A stretch of DNA of 64,000 nucleotides from a candidate division WOR-3 bacterium (GCA_037444665.1 JBBILZ010000001.1:46869-110868); one strand, 5' to 3'. Positions 18,016 to 29,134 are shown, counted from the first letter of the stretch. The notes: a model not told the origin generated them from the letters alone. Program-made: numbers and translations.

Positions 18016-18688
18016 CTAAATGGTCAACAATGTCCAATAATTGAATAATATCATCAATCTCATAATCTGCACCAGAATTTTTTGTTCCAAAGGTATCACC
18101 ATATCGGGCAAAAACAGTTTTCATTCCGATGACTTTTGCACCAGTAATATCCCTCTCTGCCCAATCACCCACCATCATTCCCTCTTCTGGTTTTATATTC
18201 AATTTTTCAAGGGTGATTTTAAATGGTGCTGGGTCAGGTTTTCTTTTATAGGTATCTTCAAAAGTAACGACAACATCAAAAAGGTGATGGAGATTCAATT
18301 GACAGAGCCTTAGCCATGCCTGTAACTTAGGGGCATCAGTCACAACTGCAAGTTTTAAACCCCTTTTTATCAAACCGATAAGAGTAATATAAACATGGGG
18401 ATAGAGCACGAGTGCTGCTTCACGCGCCCGGCGATAACCAACAATGCCGGCGGCATGGATCCGTGAATCAATGTGGCCAAACTCCCGTGTCAAAAATTTA
18501 TCAAAGACAGTCTGGTCTTCAATACCCACTTCTCTGTATATATCAAAAATTTTCTGTCGTGCAACATTCCTGTCCATCTTGAGACCCGCATCTATCATTG
18601 CACTTACTGCGGCGTCCACTGCTGACTCTTTCATTGCCATAAAATCTACGAGGGTATTATCAAGGTCAAAGATTATACCTTTTATCAT
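18002..18688 (-). CDS. HAD-superfamily hydrolase
   Basis: FDLDNTL, RKPDP, MVGDWAERDI. Confidence 0.92.
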   Translation of the reverse strand: MIKGIIFDLDNTLVDFMAMKESAVDAAVSAMIDAGLKMDRNVARQKIFDIYREVGIEDQTVFDKFLTREFGHIDSRIHAAGIVGYRRAREAALVLYPHVYITLIGLIKRGLKLAVVTDAPKLQAWLRLCQLNLHHLFDVVVTFEDTYKRKPDPAPFKITLEKLNIKPEEGMMVGDWAERDITGAKVIGMKTVFARYGDTFGTKNSGADYEIDDIIQLLDIVDHLGAKS

Positions 18689-19695
18689 AAATTTGCCCTC
18701 AATATCTTCGCTGATTTTTCTGGTCCATACCGGTTAATGTAAAAACCTGTACCCAGTTCAAAACCTGTTGTCCGATATATTCGTGGAATTATCTCAATAT
18801 GCCAGTGAAAATCCTGTTCAATGGTTTTCCAGTAATCAGGACGCGGCAAAAGATTGGGACTATCAGTGAGCACAAGATTATACGGTGGGTCACTAAATCC
18901 ATTGCGAATTGAACCGCAGATTTTTTTTAAGGTATATGCGAGGTCATCCAGTTCAATCTTGCTGATGAGTTTGTAAGAGTATTTATGATTTTTTGGAATG
19001 ACCATAACCTCACCAGGAAATCGTGAGGCATAAGGAGCAAATGCTACAAAATTATCGGTCTGGAGAATGAGTCTTTCTGCCATATCAATTTCCTGCTGAA
19101 TAATATCACAGAAGATACACCTTTCTTTATAGCGATAATATTCGTAAGAGCCATTGAGTTTTTGTTTTACGCGATTTGGTGTTGCAGGCAGGGCAATCAA
19201 ATCAGAATGAGTATGATTAATCGTTGAAGAACCAGCAAGCCGACCATAATTTTTAAAAATTAATACATATCTGATTCTCTTATCTTTGTGCAAATCTTCA
19301 ATTCTATATCGGTATGTATCAAGGACAAGTGAAATCTGCTGTGTGCTGAGGTCAGCAAAATTTGTTATATGTGTGGGCGATTCTATTATCACCTCATTGG
19401 CACCAGTGCCAGTAACCATATCATAAACGCCAACACCAAATTTTTCCAGTTCACCTTCAACCCTTAAAATAGGGTGAATATTCGGAACAACACGCACTCT
19501 CCAGCCTGGACCATTGGGCTGAGAACCATCCCTTATTGCATATATCTCTTTGGGTGTGTTCAATTCATTACCTTCACAGAATGGACAGGGTCCAGATTGA
19601 GTGGCAATCTCAGCAGAGACCACCGGGATCACATCGTTTTCCGTATCAATAATTACCCAGGTATCGGTCACAATATCCCTTCTTACCTCGGACAT
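18685..19695 (-). CDS. galT: galactose-1-phosphate uridylyltransferase family (HIT-like)
   Basis: CPFCEGNE, WRVRVVPN, FKNYG...HTHS, CIFCDII, FHWHIEI. Confidence 0.85.
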   Translation of the reverse strand: MSEVRRDIVTDTWVIIDTENDVIPVVSAEIATQSGPCPFCEGNELNTPKEIYAIRDGSQPNGPGWRVRVVPNIHPILRVEGELEKFGVGVYDMVTGTGANEVIIESPTHITNFADLSTQQISLVLDTYRYRIEDLHKDKRIRYVLIFKNYGRLAGSSTINHTHSDLIALPATPNRVKQKLNGSYEYYRYKERCIFCDIIQQEIDMAERLILQTDNFVAFAPYASRFPGEVMVIPKNHKYSYKLISKIELDDLAYTLKKICGSIRNGFSDPPYNLVLTDSPNLLPRPDYWKTIEQDFHWHIEIIPRIYRTTGFELGTGFYINRYGPEKSAKILRANL

Positions 19696-19808
19696 TTTAC
19701 CTCCTTAACCGTCATACTCTCCATCTATTTTTGCCATAACAATCACAAATCTTTATCTGAATTTTTCGGGTAATATCAATCTGGAAATTGGCCAGAGAAT
19801 TCAATCTG

Positions 19809-21635
19809 TTATTCAACCGTCACACTCTTTGCCAGATTCCTTGGCCGGTCAACATCCAGTCCTTTGAATGTTGCAATAAAATAGGCGAGTAATTGCAATG
19901 GTATAACTGCAAGGATTGGTGAAATAAATTCATTGCATCCGGGAATTTCTATTACATATTTACTAACTTTAGCGGTCTGCTGGTCCCCTTTTGTAACCAC
20001 ACTGATAACCTGACCTTTGCGCGCAACAACTTCCTGAATATTGTTTAACATTTTTTCGTAGACACTGGCTTCTGGGTTAATACAGACCACCGGCATATTT
20101 TCATCAATCAGGGCGATCGGGCCATGTTTCATTTCACCTGCGGCATAGCCTGTTGCATGGATATAAGAAATTTCTTTTAATTTCAGAGCACCTTCAAGTG
20201 CAGTTGGATAATTTATTCCCCTACCTAAAAATAGAAAGTCCCTTACATTATAAAACTTTAAAGCAATCTTCCTGATCTCTTCCTGCTGATTTAATATCTC
20301 TTCTACCTGTCCAGGTATTTTTTTCATTTCATTCAAATGATAAGATAATTCATCCTGACGAACAAATCCTCTTAATGCACCGAGATAAAGGCTGAACAGA
20401 AATAGATTTAAAATTTCTGCCGTATATGCCTTGGTTGATGCAACACCAATTTCAGGGCCAGCCATAATTGAAATGGCACTATCTGACTCTTTGTAGATAC
20501 TTGAATGTAATACATTTACCAATGAAACAACCCTCAGGAATCGTGCCTTTGCCTCTCTCAATCCTGCAATCGTGTCAGCAGTTTCACCGGACTGGCTGAT
20601 TGCCATTACCATTGTATCTCCATCAAGAACCATATCCCGATAACGAAATTCACTTGAAATATCAACTTCAGTGCTGACACGAGCGAAACGCTCAATTAAA
20701 TATTTACCAACGACTCCTGCATGCCAGGATGTTCCACAGGCCTGGATATATATTCGGGAAATCTTCAAAAAATCCTTATCTGAAAAATTCAGTTCTTCAC
20801 CAAAATTAATTTTATTATTAATAATGCGTGCATTAATAATCTGTGAAAGTACGCGGGGTTGTTCATAGATCTCTTTGAGCATGAAATGGGGAAAATTATC
20901 TTTTTCAATGTCTTTTATTTTGATCGTAACCTTTCGTGGCTGAATTGCAATCTCTTCACCCTTAAAATCTTTGATTAAATAATTTTTGGGTGCAATCTCG
21001 GCAACTGTATCATTGGGCATATCTATTATCCTGTCAAATATTGCAATAACACCAGAGACGTCACTTGCCAGCGCTGATTCATTATCATTCACAGCCAGGA
21101 CCAGTGGTGCATCGTGCCGGGCACAAACAATACGGTCAGGCTCTTTTGTAGAAATCACAGCAAATGCAAAATTGCCTTTTAAACGGGATACAGATTGTAG
21201 CACCGCATCAAATAAACTGGTCTTTAAATTCTCCTCAATAAGATGGACAATAACTTCTGAGTCTGTATAAGAACGGAAGATATGTCCCCTGCTCTCAAGT
21301 TCGTCTTTTAATAAATGATAGTTTTCAATAATACCATTTACAACCAGGGCAAGGTTCTCATTACAATCAATAAGGGGATGGGTATTTTCCTCATGCGGAC
21401 TGCCATGTGTTGCCCAGCGTGTGTGGCCAATTCCAATGCCTCCGCTCACTGGTGCCCTTTTTATTAATTCCTGAAGTTCACTCAGCTTGCCTGGAACTTT
21501 ACGAATGAGAAGTTCTTCATTGTTTATTACTGCAATTCCGCTTGAATCATAGCCACGATATTCAAGACGCCACAGACCACCCAATAGTACACTTGTAATA
21601 TCCCTTGGTCCAACATAACCAACAATTCCACACAT
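19809..21635 (-). CDS. glmS: glutamine-fructose-6-phosphate aminotransferase
   Basis: MCGIVG, LEYRGYDS, GHTRWATHG, SQSGETADT, PRNLAKSVTVE. Confidence 0.98.
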   Translation of the reverse strand: MCGIVGYVGPRDITSVLLGGLWRLEYRGYDSSGIAVINNEELLIRKVPGKLSELQELIKRAPVSGGIGIGHTRWATHGSPHEENTHPLIDCNENLALVVNGIIENYHLLKDELESRGHIFRSYTDSEVIVHLIEENLKTSLFDAVLQSVSRLKGNFAFAVISTKEPDRIVCARHDAPLVLAVNDNESALASDVSGVIAIFDRIIDMPNDTVAEIAPKNYLIKDFKGEEIAIQPRKVTIKIKDIEKDNFPHFMLKEIYEQPRVLSQIINARIINNKINFGEELNFSDKDFLKISRIYIQACGTSWHAGVVGKYLIERFARVSTEVDISSEFRYRDMVLDGDTMVMAISQSGETADTIAGLREAKARFLRVVSLVNVLHSSIYKESDSAISIMAGPEIGVASTKAYTAEILNLFLFSLYLGALRGFVRQDELSYHLNEMKKIPGQVEEILNQQEEIRKIALKFYNVRDFLFLGRGINYPTALEGALKLKEISYIHATGYAAGEMKHGPIALIDENMPVVCINPEASVYEKMLNNIQEVVARKGQVISVVTKGDQQTAKVSKYVIEIPGCNEFISPILAVIPLQLLAYFIATFKGLDVDRPRNLAKSVTVE

Positions 21636-21643
21636 TATAAATG

Positions 21644-21671
21644 ATTATATAAAAATTAATAAGGTTGTCAA
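21644..21671 (-). promoter_or_regulatory. sigma70-type promoter of glmS
   Basis: TTGACA-N16-TATAAT, 8 nt before ATG. Confidence 0.75.
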
Positions 21672-21699
21672 GGATTTGCTAAACAAATTTTTTATTTCT

Positions 21700-23712
21700 T
21701 TATTTTACCAGCAAATTTATCGTCCTCTTAAAAACCTCTGGTTCAATCTCAACGAGTGTAATACTTTTTAAAAAATCTAAAAAACCCGCAATATCTAAAT
21801 TCAAAAGATGGTCTTGTACCTGCAATTCAAAGGGTAGATCATAAAAGAATGCACCACTGCCAAGGGCATCTTCAAATCTTGCAATATTTTCAGCAATTAT
21901 CTTTTTTATGGATCCCTCACGGGGTACAGGAAACTTCATATCCGGCATCTGAAATTTATTGAGCGTGAGTATTTTTCCTTCAATATCAAGTGCATCAATA
22001 CCTTCTTCATAAAGTGCTTCAGCAATAATAAAACCATAAAGCGAACCAAGAAGATGAATAATATGGGTGTTCTTGCCATCATAAAAAAGAGGAAAATCAT
22101 GGAGCCCGAGATGCGGGAAAAATCTATTTTTTAAGACTGCCGAAAGTAAATAATTGTAATTTCCTGCGCCCTTTCCTTCAAAGATTTTGGAAAAGTCAGG
22201 ACCTTCACCAATACATCGCGCATAAATCTTTTTTTCTTTTTCCAGCACATTTACTTTTTCCCAGCATCTTCCGCCCAGGATAAATCTCTCAAGAACATAA
22301 TAAATCCTTCCCAGCATATGCCCGGTGCTAATATCAAAAACACTGTATTCGCCAAAAGATTTTTCAGTAATATTGGAATGAATCTTTCCGTAAGTAATTT
22401 TATTTTCTAATTTATCACTCAGAAAATATATGCCTGGTCTCATCTCTCTAATAATCCCATCATTGAACAGTTTCTGAAAGATCGCTTTTAAAATCTCTTC
22501 AGGATAAATTGTACTGAATATCTGAAAAAGACTATTAAAGGTTGTGCCAATCCTGCGCCTTTGATAAAGATACGAATATACCTGCTGTGGTATAACGGAT
22601 AATAGAGGTTGATAATTCTTTTCATATAATATTCCCTGTCGGGCAAGTTCAAAGAATGTTTCAAAGAGAATCTTTTCCCAGTCATTTGAGTAAACAGCAA
22701 TGGCAAAGAGATTATCAGTGCGGCGATTTCCCCTGCCTGTCCTCTGAAGTAAGGATGAAATATTATAGGGCGGACGATAAAGCACAATCGCATCAACATC
22801 ACCAATATCAATACCAAGTTCTAAGGTTGAGGTCGCCAGTAATATTGCCCGATCAGATTGATTCATAAATTTTTCCACCTCTTCCCTTTTGGTTCTCGGC
22901 AGACTTGCGTGATGCACAAATACCCGGTCTTCAAAAGCCGGAAATTTAATTTTTTGTGAAAAACTTTCAGCAAGGCTCCGCGCATTAAAAAAAGCAAGTA
23001 TTTTCTTTAATTGCCGCTTCTGTATTATGTTATACATCTCTTTTATAAAATTTTTTGCCGGCACCAGCATATACTCAATTTCACGCATTGATTTAAGGAA
23101 ACAGACTTGTGGGTTATCAAAGTATCGCTTGCCAATCTCTATATCATCAATCGTTGCAGAAAGTGCACAATACTGCACTCTTTTATTATTTTTTTCCAGA
23201 ATTTTTCTTAATCTAATTAAAAGAATCCTCAACTGGTCACCCCTTGGAGTATTATCAAGAAGATGGATCTCATCAAGGATTATTGCAGAAAGATTCAAAA
23301 AAATCTCAGGCACACGGGTCAACATAGAATCAAATGATTCTGGAGTAGTTAAAAGGACATTGGATAGATTTCTTTTATTAATAATAGGATGGTCTCCAGT
23401 CTTACGACTTATTGAAAGATTTAAATCATTTATCGGCTCTTCCAGCCTTCTAAAAAGGTCATTGACCAGGGCACGGGTCGGTGTAATATAGAGCACTTCA
23501 AGACCTTTTGTATCGCCTTGAAGCAGATTTTCCAATACTGGAGCAATCACTGCCTCGGTCTTGCCAGTGGCAGCAGGTGAAATTACCACAACATTTTCTT
23601 TATTGAGAATATGGGGAATAGCAAGTTCCTGGATTGGAGTAAACCTTCCAAATCTGCTAAAAAACGGACCCCAGGTATATTTCAATAGCTCTTTAATTTG
23701 TTGAGAATCCAT
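21700..23712 (-). CDS. Lhr-like DEAD/DEAH-box helicase
   Basis: ATGKTEA, PTRALVND, TTPES, DEIH, LSAT, HHASL, TSTLELGIDIG, QRTGR. Confidence 0.9.
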   Translation of the reverse strand: MDSQQIKELLKYTWGPFFSRFGRFTPIQELAIPHILNKENVVVISPAATGKTEAVIAPVLENLLQGDTKGLEVLYITPTRALVNDLFRRLEEPINDLNLSISRKTGDHPIINKRNLSNVLLTTPESFDSMLTRVPEIFLNLSAIILDEIHLLDNTPRGDQLRILLIRLRKILEKNNKRVQYCALSATIDDIEIGKRYFDNPQVCFLKSMREIEYMLVPAKNFIKEMYNIIQKRQLKKILAFFNARSLAESFSQKIKFPAFEDRVFVHHASLPRTKREEVEKFMNQSDRAILLATSTLELGIDIGDVDAIVLYRPPYNISSLLQRTGRGNRRTDNLFAIAVYSNDWEKILFETFFELARQGILYEKNYQPLLSVIPQQVYSYLYQRRRIGTTFNSLFQIFSTIYPEEILKAIFQKLFNDGIIREMRPGIYFLSDKLENKITYGKIHSNITEKSFGEYSVFDISTGHMLGRIYYVLERFILGGRCWEKVNVLEKEKKIYARCIGEGPDFSKIFEGKGAGNYNYLLSAVLKNRFFPHLGLHDFPLFYDGKNTHIIHLLGSLYGFIIAEALYEEGIDALDIEGKILTLNKFQMPDMKFPVPREGSIKKIIAENIARFEDALGSGAFFYDLPFELQVQDHLLNLDIAGFLDFLKSITLVEIEPEVFKRTINLLVK

Positions 23713-23759
23713 TATTTATCAGTTCTCTTTTATCAATCCTGAAATTATCTCTAAAAAAA

Positions 23760-24854
23760 TTATTTAATCAATATTATTTTATTGAACGAATAAGCATCTG
23801 AAATCTTAAAAAAATACACACCATTCGGTAACCTTGACAGGTCAATATGATTGATTGGCTCTGCCAATACTGTTTTTTTGATAATTCTACCAGAGCAATC
23901 AAAAATATATATTCTTGCCCCAGCACTTGCCTTATGTAGTAATAAATTCCCATTTGTTATTGTTGGTTGCATTGAACTTTTTGTTATTTTATGGCACACC
24001 TCTTCCAGAGCAACAAGTGGACCAAAATAGATAGAACCAGCAGAACCATCTTCTCCATTACCAAAACCACCATTACCACCTATTCCACCTGCAACTGATA
24101 AAGATAAATAGTTTGTATCCAAGACTGAATAAAAGATCTTAATACGGCCACCTCCAGCACCACCGCCACCGCCACCTGAGGCATCACCGCCTGCTCCTCC
24201 CTTTGCAAAGATTGACGAATATCTAATGGTCAATGTATCGGTCCACATTTTAATGCCACCGCCTGAACCACCACCACCTGCTTCATAACCTCCATCATAG
24301 CCACGCATTCCATTGGCTGACACTGCAGAAGAGTCTATGATTATTTTGTTTCCTTTTAAATAGATAAGTGCTCCGCCATTACCACCAAAACCATCCACAT
24401 ATGAGAGCCTTCCAGCACCACCACCTGAACCCGGATTGATAACAGTATCATTTGGACTCCCATACGAAATCCCACCAGCACCCGGGCTTACATCACCTCC
24501 AGCACCACCAGCCCCTCCATAACCAGCACCACCGCCACCACCACTGATTCCTGCGTGGCCATATCCGGGTCCATATCCATCAGGATGGGTATTCGTGCCT
24601 CCGAGATAACCAAAGCCATCTCCTTGAATAACAGAGGAATTATGAATATGTATCAGGGGTGCCTGCAAAATGACCTTGCCCGTTGAATCAATACCATTCC
24701 AGAGCCTTACTTTTAATTTGGCATTGTTCAGATGAACTTTTATATTATATTGATGAAGGTTGCACATCACAAGACTATCATTGACAATTAACAGACTGTC
24801 ATTGTCTTCATAAATGTAATTGATTAATATAAAAACTCCTAATAATATACCCAT
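23760..24854 (-). CDS. glycine-rich secreted protein with T9SS-type C-terminal domain
   Basis: GGGGAGYGG / GGGSGGGI repeats; C-terminus IFDCSGRII...LPNGVYFFKI...KIILIK. Confidence 0.85.
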   Translation of the reverse strand: MGILLGVFILINYIYEDNDSLLIVNDSLVMCNLHQYNIKVHLNNAKLKVRLWNGIDSTGKVILQAPLIHIHNSSVIQGDGFGYLGGTNTHPDGYGPGYGHAGISGGGGGAGYGGAGGAGGDVSPGAGGISYGSPNDTVINPGSGGGAGRLSYVDGFGGNGGALIYLKGNKIIIDSSAVSANGMRGYDGGYEAGGGGSGGGIKMWTDTLTIRYSSIFAKGGAGGDASGGGGGGAGGGRIKIFYSVLDTNYLSLSVAGGIGGNGGFGNGEDGSAGSIYFGPLVALEEVCHKITKSSMQPTITNGNLLLHKASAGARIYIFDCSGRIIKKTVLAEPINHIDLSRLPNGVYFFKISDAYSFNKIILIK

Positions 24855-24911
24855 ATAGCCTCCACAAAATTATATATAACTCTGTTGGCCTGTCAATAAA
24901 ATATTCATAAT

Positions 24912-24947
24912 AAAAAACCCGCCCCTTAAAATTTTTTAAGGGGCGGG
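24912..24947 (-). terminator. intrinsic terminator
   Basis: CCCGCCCCTTAA / TTAAGGGGCGGG stem with U-tract on the minus strand. Confidence 0.85.
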
Positions 24948-24967
24948 CACATAGTAAGATGCGGTTT

Positions 24968-27907
24968 TTACTTCACGAGTATGAGTTTGTGGCTTGCAGT
25001 CTTTGCTTCGGCTTCAAGTATCAAGAAGTAGACACCACTGAGCACTGAACGGCCGCTATTGTCCTTGCCATCCCAGTACACGGTCTTGGCACCTGCAGAC
25101 TCAAATGGACGGTCAACAAGTGTCCTGACCAATCTGCCAGCACCATCATAGACCTTCAGCGTGACATGGCCATTCTTTGTTGTCGCATAAGAGATCGGTG
25201 TATAACCCTTTGTCGGATTAGGTATATTAGGTGCAAACCCGAACTTGAGCTGTGATATTGGTGTGTTCGGTTTTTCCTGAACACCAGGGACTAAACCAGT
25301 ATGGAAGACCTCATGGTCAGGTATGTATGCACCACTATAATAACCACTCGCGACAAAGACACCCACATCGCCGGCAGCGGTCAAGGTGACTGCAACTGGT
25401 GATACATTACCCATTGGGTGCGGTTTGGGCTTATTCCAGTTGGTCCAGGTATTTGTATATGGGCTATATGACCAGGTCTCGTCACTTGCGCCACCTGAAA
25501 TCTGACCGCACACGACCCAGAGCTCTTTATTAACATGGTCCACACCACTGGGCACACGATAACGGCCGACCATTCCTGGAATGGTTGCTGGTGAACCCCA
25601 GGCAATCTGGGAGCAGTTGTTCGGATTGATGATACCTACGATGTAGTCATTGCGATAGGTTGATGAACCATCATATCCACAGGCGACAATAGCAAATGTA
25701 TCAATCACACCACCTGCAGCACAACCCCTGCCAACACCGGTCATTGATGTTGCCTGGGTCCAGGTGTCAAGATATGTATCATAGAAGTAGACATTGGTAT
25801 GAGGTGCGGGTGATCCACCCCAGTTTCCACCGCCAAATGTAAAGATCAATGAGTCTTTGTAAACACCACTGACCTGATCCATATTTCCCATAGGACAGTT
25901 AGCACCACTTGACCACTGATTAGAACCCGGGTCATATATATCAACCCTCGTAAGGGCTGTTGGCCAGGCATCAGTACCACCGAGTCTGTAGTATTTTCCA
26001 TTTACACCCTGGGCAGTTCCATAAGCACCACAGCCATAAGGATTTGTTGGACCCGCAGTCCAGGAACCAGCAGTAATATCATATATCTGGGTCTGGTTAG
26101 TATAACCACTAGTAGTTCTAATGCCAAAGACCATATATTTACCATCATTTATGGTCGCCATTGAATGTCCTGAACTTGGTGATGGGAACTGGGCAGAGAG
26201 AATCTCCCAGAATGTCGGATTGACCGTGGAAACCTGTGTCAATGTATCATTTACTGGATTCACATCTCCTGCCATTACAGTAAATGCCTTTATTGTGTAA
26301 CTGATACCGGTCGTGCCACAGCAGGTCCAGTTCGTGAATGTAATGGTCGTATCTGCGCCTGCATTGAGTGTAATATTCTGGGTCTGGTTATAGACCAAAG
26401 TCCCTGAAGAGTCAATCTGGAAATAAACATCAAATGTTTCGTTGTTATTTCCATAGTTTCTATAGGTTGCACTTGGAGTATATGTGGTATTGGGTAAGAG
26501 GTTTGTTGGTGGTTGATTAATAGCAGTCGTTCCCACATCATGCTGCGCTACATAGAGTTCGCCATTGATTGTCACATTATCAATCGCTCCATACCACATC
26601 CAGCCACCGCCATCATCATAATATGCATAGACCTGTAATCTTGGATAGGTTTTATATGCACTCACATCTGCTGAATCCCATCTTCCAGAAACATCAGCAG
26701 TATAGGTCATTAAAGGCACAACATGCCAGGTTGAGCCATCAAAGTATTTGATACCGACTTCCAGATACTCAGGGGTTCCAAGATAATTGAATGTCACACC
26801 CCATTTTAGCCAGTTCGTTGTGCTGTGGGGCACAATCACTGGAGAAAGTGCAGTATCCTGGAGTGGAGGTGCACTACTTCCTGCAGCATCATCATCAAAC
26901 CAGAGACAGGAATCCTGTGCATTGGGTGGCATCCAACCTGTATGGAGATTGGAAGGTGCAACACCCCAGCCATTAGGGAATGCATAGGCACCGGTCTTTG
27001 TCCAGCCCTGCCAGCCGGTCTCAAAATCCCACCGAACAGTATCATTAAGTACGATACCCACATCATATACCCAGATCTTATCCGGACCTGACTGGTCAAG
27101 GATATAGACATACTGGCCATCAAATGCACAGTCTGCCTCATAACCCTGGGTCTGACCCGGGTCGCACTGCCAGACCGATTCTGGTGTTGCTGCAGGCACA
27201 CCATTGGTCAGTCTGAATTGATAGAAATGGGATGGTGCTGCCTCTTCAGCCTGGAACATTAAGGTTGGTGCACTGGTTCCACTATAAGCACCACTGGCTC
27301 CGCAAGGATATTGGGGACGGCTTATTGTAGTCCAGGTACCGGTCTGGGATGGTTGGGCATATCCAAGAACATTGGAAGTCCAGTCTGTAGCATAGACTGC
27401 GTCATCAACACCATTGAAGTCAAGGCCTTCAAGGGTGCCGGATACTGTGCGATAGACACTCCCAGTTCCATTGGTCACATCTATGCGATAGATGGTATTG
27501 TTAAATCCTGCCATATACATTATGTTGCTACCAGCGTATCCAATACCGAGCCTGTATGTAGGGACGCCTGAACCAAATGTCACTGAATCAATCTTTGTGC
27601 AGGGGGAATGTTTCTGAATCGCATACATCTTATTATAAGCACTATTCCACTGGGTAACCCAGAGTGCATCCCTTTCCCAGTCATAGGCAAGACCCCAGCA
27701 ATAACCAGTTGCATTAATTGGACTCAAATCAATCGTATCAACCAAGGTTGGGGTTGACAGAGGACCATTATAGGGCACACCCTTTGGATTACCTGGAACT
27801 TTAAACACATGGGATGGTACTGCACTCGGTGCTGATAGGTCATCATTGGCTCCGAATGCCATCGGTACCAACACCAGGATTAATAATAGATATGCTATTT
27901 TTTTCAT
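24968..27907 (-). CDS. large secreted multidomain protein (beta-propeller, Ig/CARDB-like, Kelch repeats, FlgD/T9SS C-terminal domain)
   Basis: ATG 27907 with SD AGGAG; Kelch-like GG..YD...W units; PNP...LKVYDGAGRLVRTL...WDGKD...SGVYF. Confidence 0.85.
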   Translation of the reverse strand: MKKIAYLLLILVLVPMAFGANDDLSAPSAVPSHVFKVPGNPKGVPYNGPLSTPTLVDTIDLSPINATGYCWGLAYDWERDALWVTQWNSAYNKMYAIQKHSPCTKIDSVTFGSGVPTYRLGIGYAGSNIMYMAGFNNTIYRIDVTNGTGSVYRTVSGTLEGLDFNGVDDAVYATDWTSNVLGYAQPSQTGTWTTISRPQYPCGASGAYSGTSAPTLMFQAEEAAPSHFYQFRLTNGVPAATPESVWQCDPGQTQGYEADCAFDGQYVYILDQSGPDKIWVYDVGIVLNDTVRWDFETGWQGWTKTGAYAFPNGWGVAPSNLHTGWMPPNAQDSCLWFDDDAAGSSAPPLQDTALSPVIVPHSTTNWLKWGVTFNYLGTPEYLEVGIKYFDGSTWHVVPLMTYTADVSGRWDSADVSAYKTYPRLQVYAYYDDGGGWMWYGAIDNVTINGELYVAQHDVGTTAINQPPTNLLPNTTYTPSATYRNYGNNNETFDVYFQIDSSGTLVYNQTQNITLNAGADTTITFTNWTCCGTTGISYTIKAFTVMAGDVNPVNDTLTQVSTVNPTFWEILSAQFPSPSSGHSMATINDGKYMVFGIRTTSGYTNQTQIYDITAGSWTAGPTNPYGCGAYGTAQGVNGKYYRLGGTDAWPTALTRVDIYDPGSNQWSSGANCPMGNMDQVSGVYKDSLIFTFGGGNWGGSPAPHTNVYFYDTYLDTWTQATSMTGVGRGCAAGGVIDTFAIVACGYDGSSTYRNDYIVGIINPNNCSQIAWGSPATIPGMVGRYRVPSGVDHVNKELWVVCGQISGGASDETWSYSPYTNTWTNWNKPKPHPMGNVSPVAVTLTAAGDVGVFVASGYYSGAYIPDHEVFHTGLVPGVQEKPNTPISQLKFGFAPNIPNPTKGYTPISYATTKNGHVTLKVYDGAGRLVRTLVDRPFESAGAKTVYWDGKDNSGRSVLSGVYFLILEAEAKTASHKLILVK

Positions 27908-28089
27908 TTCATCTCCTTTTTTTCTGCAAAAGAACACACCAGAATACTATTATTCTGGATATTTGGTTGTATTTTTTTTGCTATCACCCCCTTTCAATTT
28001 TTTTGTCATGTTTGTAAATTCTAATAACAATATATTATAATCAAAAAATGGAAAATGTCAATACCCATTTTACCCTCAGTTGTTATTCG

Positions 28090-28117
28090 TTGACAATGAT
28101 AATTTATTGGCTATAAT
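28090..28117 (+). promoter_or_regulatory. sigma70-type promoter, probably leaderless transcript
   Basis: TTGACA-N16-TATAAT, 6 nt before ATG 28124. Confidence 0.8.
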
Positions 28118-28123
28118 TATCTT

Positions 28124-29134
28124 ATGCTAAAGGAATTGTGCGAAATATCTGGGGTAAGTGGTGATGAAGATAGAATACGACTATTTATAAAAGAACAGCT
28201 CTATAAATATGTTGATGATTTAACCGAAGATGCCTATGGAAATCTTATTGTTCATAGAGGTAAAGGAAAAAATCCAAAGATTTTACTTGCCGCACATATG
28301 GATGAAGTTGGAATGATGATTACCAATATTGAAAAGAATGGACTATTGAAATTCAAAACAATAGGTCTGCGTGCCCAGTCCATTCTTGCAAAACGGGTAA
28401 TTGTTGGTGAGAAAAAAATATCTGGTGTGATTGGACATAAACCAATCCATTTATCCCAGCCCACAGAAAGGAATAAATTACCTGAAATCAAAGAACTTTT
28501 TATTGATATCGGCACAAACTCACGAGAAGAAGCAGAAGGGTTTGTCCAGATTGGTGATTTGGCAACATTTGATACAAAATTTTATAAAGATGGCGAGAAT
28601 CTTTATGGCAAGGCATTTGATAATCGCATCGGTTGTTATGTGCTGATGAAATTACTACAGGACACAGACCTGAGCGCTTATTTTGCCTTCACTGTCCAGG
28701 AGGAGTTAGGATTAAGAGGGGCAAAACTTGTGGCATATCGGGTTAACCCGGACATTGCCATTGCGGTTGATACAACAGGAACAAATGAATTGCCTGAGGA
28801 AAAGGATATACCAATATATCCTGCCCTTGGCAATGGACCAGTATTGACCATTTCTGATGCAACAATCATCTGTGATAGAAAAATTATTAAATTAATTGAA
28901 AATACAGCAAAGAAACATAATATAAAATACCAGTACAAACAACCAATGATTGGAGGTACTGATGCAGGGGTAATCCATCTTGCACGCGAAGGTATCCCTT
29001 CTGCTGTGCTCTCAATACCTGCACGATATATACATTCTCCATTATCAATCGCCTCAATGAAAGATATTAATAATACCATAAAATTATTAACCTTCACCAT
29101 AGAAGAAATTTTAAGGGGAGTAAAATGGAATTGA
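28124..29134 (+). CDS. M42 family aminopeptidase
   Basis: AHMDEVG, KAFDNR, VQEELGLRGA, GGTDA, RYIHS. Confidence 0.93.
   Translation: MLKELCEISGVSGDEDRIRLFIKEQLYKYVDDLTEDAYGNLIVHRGKGKNPKILLAAHMDEVGMMITNIEKNGLLKFKTIGLRAQSILAKRVIVGEKKISGVIGHKPIHLSQPTERNKLPEIKELFIDIGTNSREEAEGFVQIGDLATFDTKFYKDGENLYGKAFDNRIGCYVLMKLLQDTDLSAYFAFTVQEELGLRGAKLVAYRVNPDIAIAVDTTGTNELPEEKDIPIYPALGNGPVLTISDATIICDRKIIKLIENTAKKHNIKYQYKQPMIGGTDAGVIHLAREGIPSAVLSIPARYIHSPLSIASMKDINNTIKLLTFTIEEILRGVKWN

Noticed and set aside
21636..21700. glmS ribozyme upstream of glmS
   Set aside because: The promoter ends 8 nt before the ATG, leaving no room for a leader.
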